A stretch of 64,000 nt of DNA from Andalucia godoyi And28. Taxonomy: Eukaryota > Protista > Jakobida. The notes under the pieces were generated by a model. It was given only the letters and a program-made list of their open reading frames with translations, did not search any database and had not been told where the DNA came from. Shown here piece after piece: positions 61,336-64,000 of the stretch (position 1 is the stretch's first letter; each line of letters starts with the position of its first letter). Where the stretch lies: NCBI GenBank assembly GCA_009859145.1, contig VRVR01000011.1:312756-376755 (forward strand), given 5' to 3'. The position numbers and the translations under genes are program-made.

Positions 61336-61842
61336 GACGACCGCCCAGAGACGCCCATTCTTCTTCTTGTTATTCTCATTGCTGTTTCGGCCGGTCGTCG
61401 TATTTTGGGAATGAGAAGGAACCGCCCAGGGGGCCGTCGCTGTCGTAGAATTGAGTGAAGGAAGAGAGCGAGAGCGGGACAGAGTGTAACTGGAAGAAAA
61501 GAGCGAGTCAAGGAAGCGCGCAATGCGGCGAGAAGCATCCGAGTCTACCAGCCTCTTCTGCGTGCCGACTTTGCGGACAATGGACTGGAACTCTGGGCTG
61601 GCGCTCAGCTTCGTTCCAGCGCGCGATGCGAGATCCAGCATCCTGTGGCGCCACCCAGCCGTGCGATGGGCTCGATTGCGTATCGCAGATGCAAGGCGAT
61701 GTACTGCTGCCTGCCCTGCGGTGAACATGTACCGCCGACGAGACTCGCGGTCCGTCGACAGCATCCTATCGGTCATTCCTCCTCTTCCTCCTTCGCCGCC
61801 GCTTCCTTCGTGGTCATCCTCTTCTGCATCCATCTCCGCCAT
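61225..61842 (-). CDS. Possible hypothetical protein (3' structure uncertain, may be spliced)
   Basis: The ORF from MAEMDAEEDD has a plausible helical middle. Its end overlaps the DNAJC9 3' end, and a polypyrimidine tract at ~61440-61490 suggests an intron. Confidence 0.35.
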   Translation of the reverse strand: MAEMDAEEDDHEGSGGEGGRGGMTDRMLSTDRESRRRYMFTAGQAAVHRLASAIRNRAHRTAGWRHRMLDLASRAGTKLSASPEFQSIVRKVGTQKRLVDSDASRRIARFLDSLFSSSYTLSRSRSLPSLNSTTATAPWAVPSHSQNTTTGRNSNENNKKKNGRLWAVVLGAQLVFLRLWARMRGLIRNVLVLLRSLLSSSIAPD

Positions 61843-62045
61843 CTTTTCTCCCGTTACGACTTTCGCTCGCCCCAGCTTGATTTCCCCAGTTTTGCACCCT
61901 TTTCCAGCTTTTCTGCTCGGTTGCAATTTTCTCTCTCAATTTTTTTCCTCTTCTTTTTTTCGAATGCTGGAATCAAGCATCAAATCTCATTTCTGCATTT
62001 TTTTTTTTTACGGATGATCTTTCACGATTATGGGCATACAGCGGT

Positions 62046-63709
62046 TTATGAAATGTACATGTTTGTGATGCGGTGCAGGGCGGTGGTGTTGGCGCGGGCT
62101 TTTTTCATGCCGGTTGCAAAGTATCGCAGAACAGGGAGATATGCCGACTCGGGAGCACATCCAAAGGACTGCAACAGGAGGGTGATTTGTTGCGCATCAC
62201 CCGGGACCTTGTACAACAGCGATGCCAGAACAATCCCTATTCACGAGTTTTCATCCCCCACTCAATCCCAGACATGTTAGACACTACCGATTTAAATGAA
62301 AGAAGCAATAAAACAGAAAAGAAAGAAAACGACATACATTTGTGCAAAAACACGTCGAGAACGAGACGCTCGGTGCGGAGGGAGAGAGAGTCGTTCATGA
62401 GGATGCTCCAAAGGCCGTCAAGGGCAAGGTGTGAATCGGGTGGGTCAGGACCCTGGAAGACGATCGCGTGGTTGTCCCAGTCGAGAACCATACAGAGGGC
62501 GGGGTCAAAAGGGAGCTGAAGCTCAGCGATATCTGACAGCCCGAGAAACGCAAATTCATACGACGGTCTATACTGAGTGGCATAGTAGCACACGGATCGG
62601 CACGGCTCCGGGACCAGAAGCGATAGCCCGTGGACTACAGCACACACCTCGCTCTTGTTCTTTCCAGTCACGACCACCTGATTGCCACACATTACCCACC
62701 ACACAAGCCCTCGCACGCGGCGCACCTCGAGATTCTTCACGAGTCCACGGAACATCTGCCCGAGCGTTGTCTCGACCTCTACGCAACTCGTCGATGAGGA
62801 CGACAACGAGGATACCGACAATGACGAGGATGGCAGCAGCAAATGGGACGGTGTGCTGAACAGGGGAAGTTGCGGCGAATAGACGGCCGAGGAGAGCGAA
62901 AATGCGCTTCGCAGCGACTCGCTGATGTATGTGAACTTGATGTGCATTTCTCTCCAGAAATCTGCGATCTGCAGAACCTCGTCGAGCGGTCGCGATGCTT
63001 TGGCAGGCCCATGGTACCTTTTTGCGGGGCTGTTTGTCGCCCCTGCAGTAGGAGGAGCAGGAGCAAGAGCAGGAGCAGTGTTCGAGGCTGCCGCCGGGGT
63101 GTAGAACGAAGAAGAAGAAGAAGACGACGAAGGCGGGGCAACAAGGAGACCGTCAAAGTTGCTTCGCGGAATTTCAGGACATCGAGGCTTCCATTGCTGG
63201 TTGACAATCGAAGCAAACTCGTCGACAAGCCACTGCCATCGATGGACAAGCATCAGACAGTCTGGATCCAGCACGAGAAATGCAAATCGCTGCGCAAACC
63301 CGCGTGCGCTGTCGTCTCCAAGTCGAAACACATATGTCAGAATGTACCCCGAGTGTGAGTTTCCAAAGATCACGGGTCCTTCGCCCTCCTGGTTGCCAAT
63401 GTGCTCACCCGAAAACGCTCGCTGGCACATCGACTTTGACTGCGGCACATACTGCGGCTTGATTCGAGTTCCGCTCACAAACGGCCCCGTCTGAAATTCG
63501 AATTTCTCAAGGACTGAATCTTCCGAAAACAAACTCGATGAAGATGAACTTGTGATCACCGCCGTTGTGGATGTCGTCGGTGTCGGTGTCGGTGTCGGTG
63601 TGGAAGTGGGTGTTGTGCTCGAATGGGACGATGGGTGTTGATACTGTGTACAAAAGATCACCGACGGTCCTTCCTTGTCGCAAAACTGCGCGAGCATAAG
63701 CGAACTCAT
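62046..63709 (-). CDS. FLCN: Folliculin (2 exons: 63709-62338 and 62236-62046)
   Basis: LAQFCDKEGPSVIFCTQ, EGPVIFG..GYILTYVFRLGDDSARGF, MCGNQVVV, YRPSYEFAFLGL. Removing the GTATG..AG intron 62337-62237 gives HKWIVLASLLYK...VLRYFATGM, matching the FLCN C-terminus. Confidence 0.9.
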
Positions 63710-63947
63710 CGGGTGCGTGAGAGAGAGTGTGTCCAGCCGCAACAATCCGCACCAAACGCAAGACGACAAACAACTAAAGATTAATAAAACCAATGAAAAA
63801 TGCGATTTAAAATGAAAAAACAAAAACAAAACAGCTCATTAAAAAATGTCCGGCAACAAAAGATGACTGCAGAGCTTGATGCTACGTTTCGACGGTTGAT
63901 GCACACGGTTGATTTTCAGCGAAAAAAACCCGAGAAAGGAGACTTTT

Positions 63948-63995
<48 letters not shown>

Positions 63996-64000
63996 AAGAA

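Noticed and set aside
61523-62280. Plus-strand ORFs 61523..62017 and 61645..62280
   Set aside because: Low-information shadows overlapping the folliculin last exon and a possible minus-strand gene.
1-64000. CRISPR arrays, rRNA or tRNA genes; a functional ciliary/trafficking gene cluster
   Set aside because: No repeat-spacer arrays or RNA-gene signatures seen. Co-location of CLUAP1, kinesin-2, REJ, Rab21, AP3S, WASHC4 and FLCN is plausibly chance in a gene-dense flagellate genome.

Overview
Gene-dense, intron-poor nuclear DNA from a flagellated unicellular eukaryote. This is inferred from IFT38/CLUAP1, kinesin-2, WASH, AP-3 and folliculin genes, short GT..AG introns (mostly GTATG donors) and many microsatellites. 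About 30 protein genes are recognisable, including a PSTAIRE CDK, CLUAP1, spastin-like ATPase, Rab21, seipin, kinesin-2, AP-3 sigma, a REJ/polycystin-1-like protein, Rac, a GH38-like DUF5054 protein, a MADS/MEF2 factor, kinesin-14, PA28, RPA1, spermidine synthase, WASHC4, RPC11, a TWD40/TTRAY-like protein, a PPR protein, SYS1, DNAJC9 and folliculin. The accessory content is the most interesting part. (1) A ~260-bp intergenic relic at ~28.14-28.40 kb joins a TnpB/Fanzor N-terminal motif to a RuvC-III motif (IDRDWNGAR-IYL after removing two small insertions). It is followed by a ~100-nt region whose pairing looks like an intact omega-RNA scaffold with a 3' pseudoknot. (2) A second, homologous relic at ~48.5-49.0 kb carries IS607-type TnpA fragments overlapping the same Fanzor motif. 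(3) A complete 2,256-bp hAT transposon has 18-bp TIRs, a perfect 8-bp TSD and one frameshift. (4) There is a 5'-truncated hAT relic and a weaker possible Fanzor1 relic. No complete Fanzor ORF, CRISPR array, rRNA or tRNA was recognised. All family assignments come from motif recognition by eye; no database searches were run.
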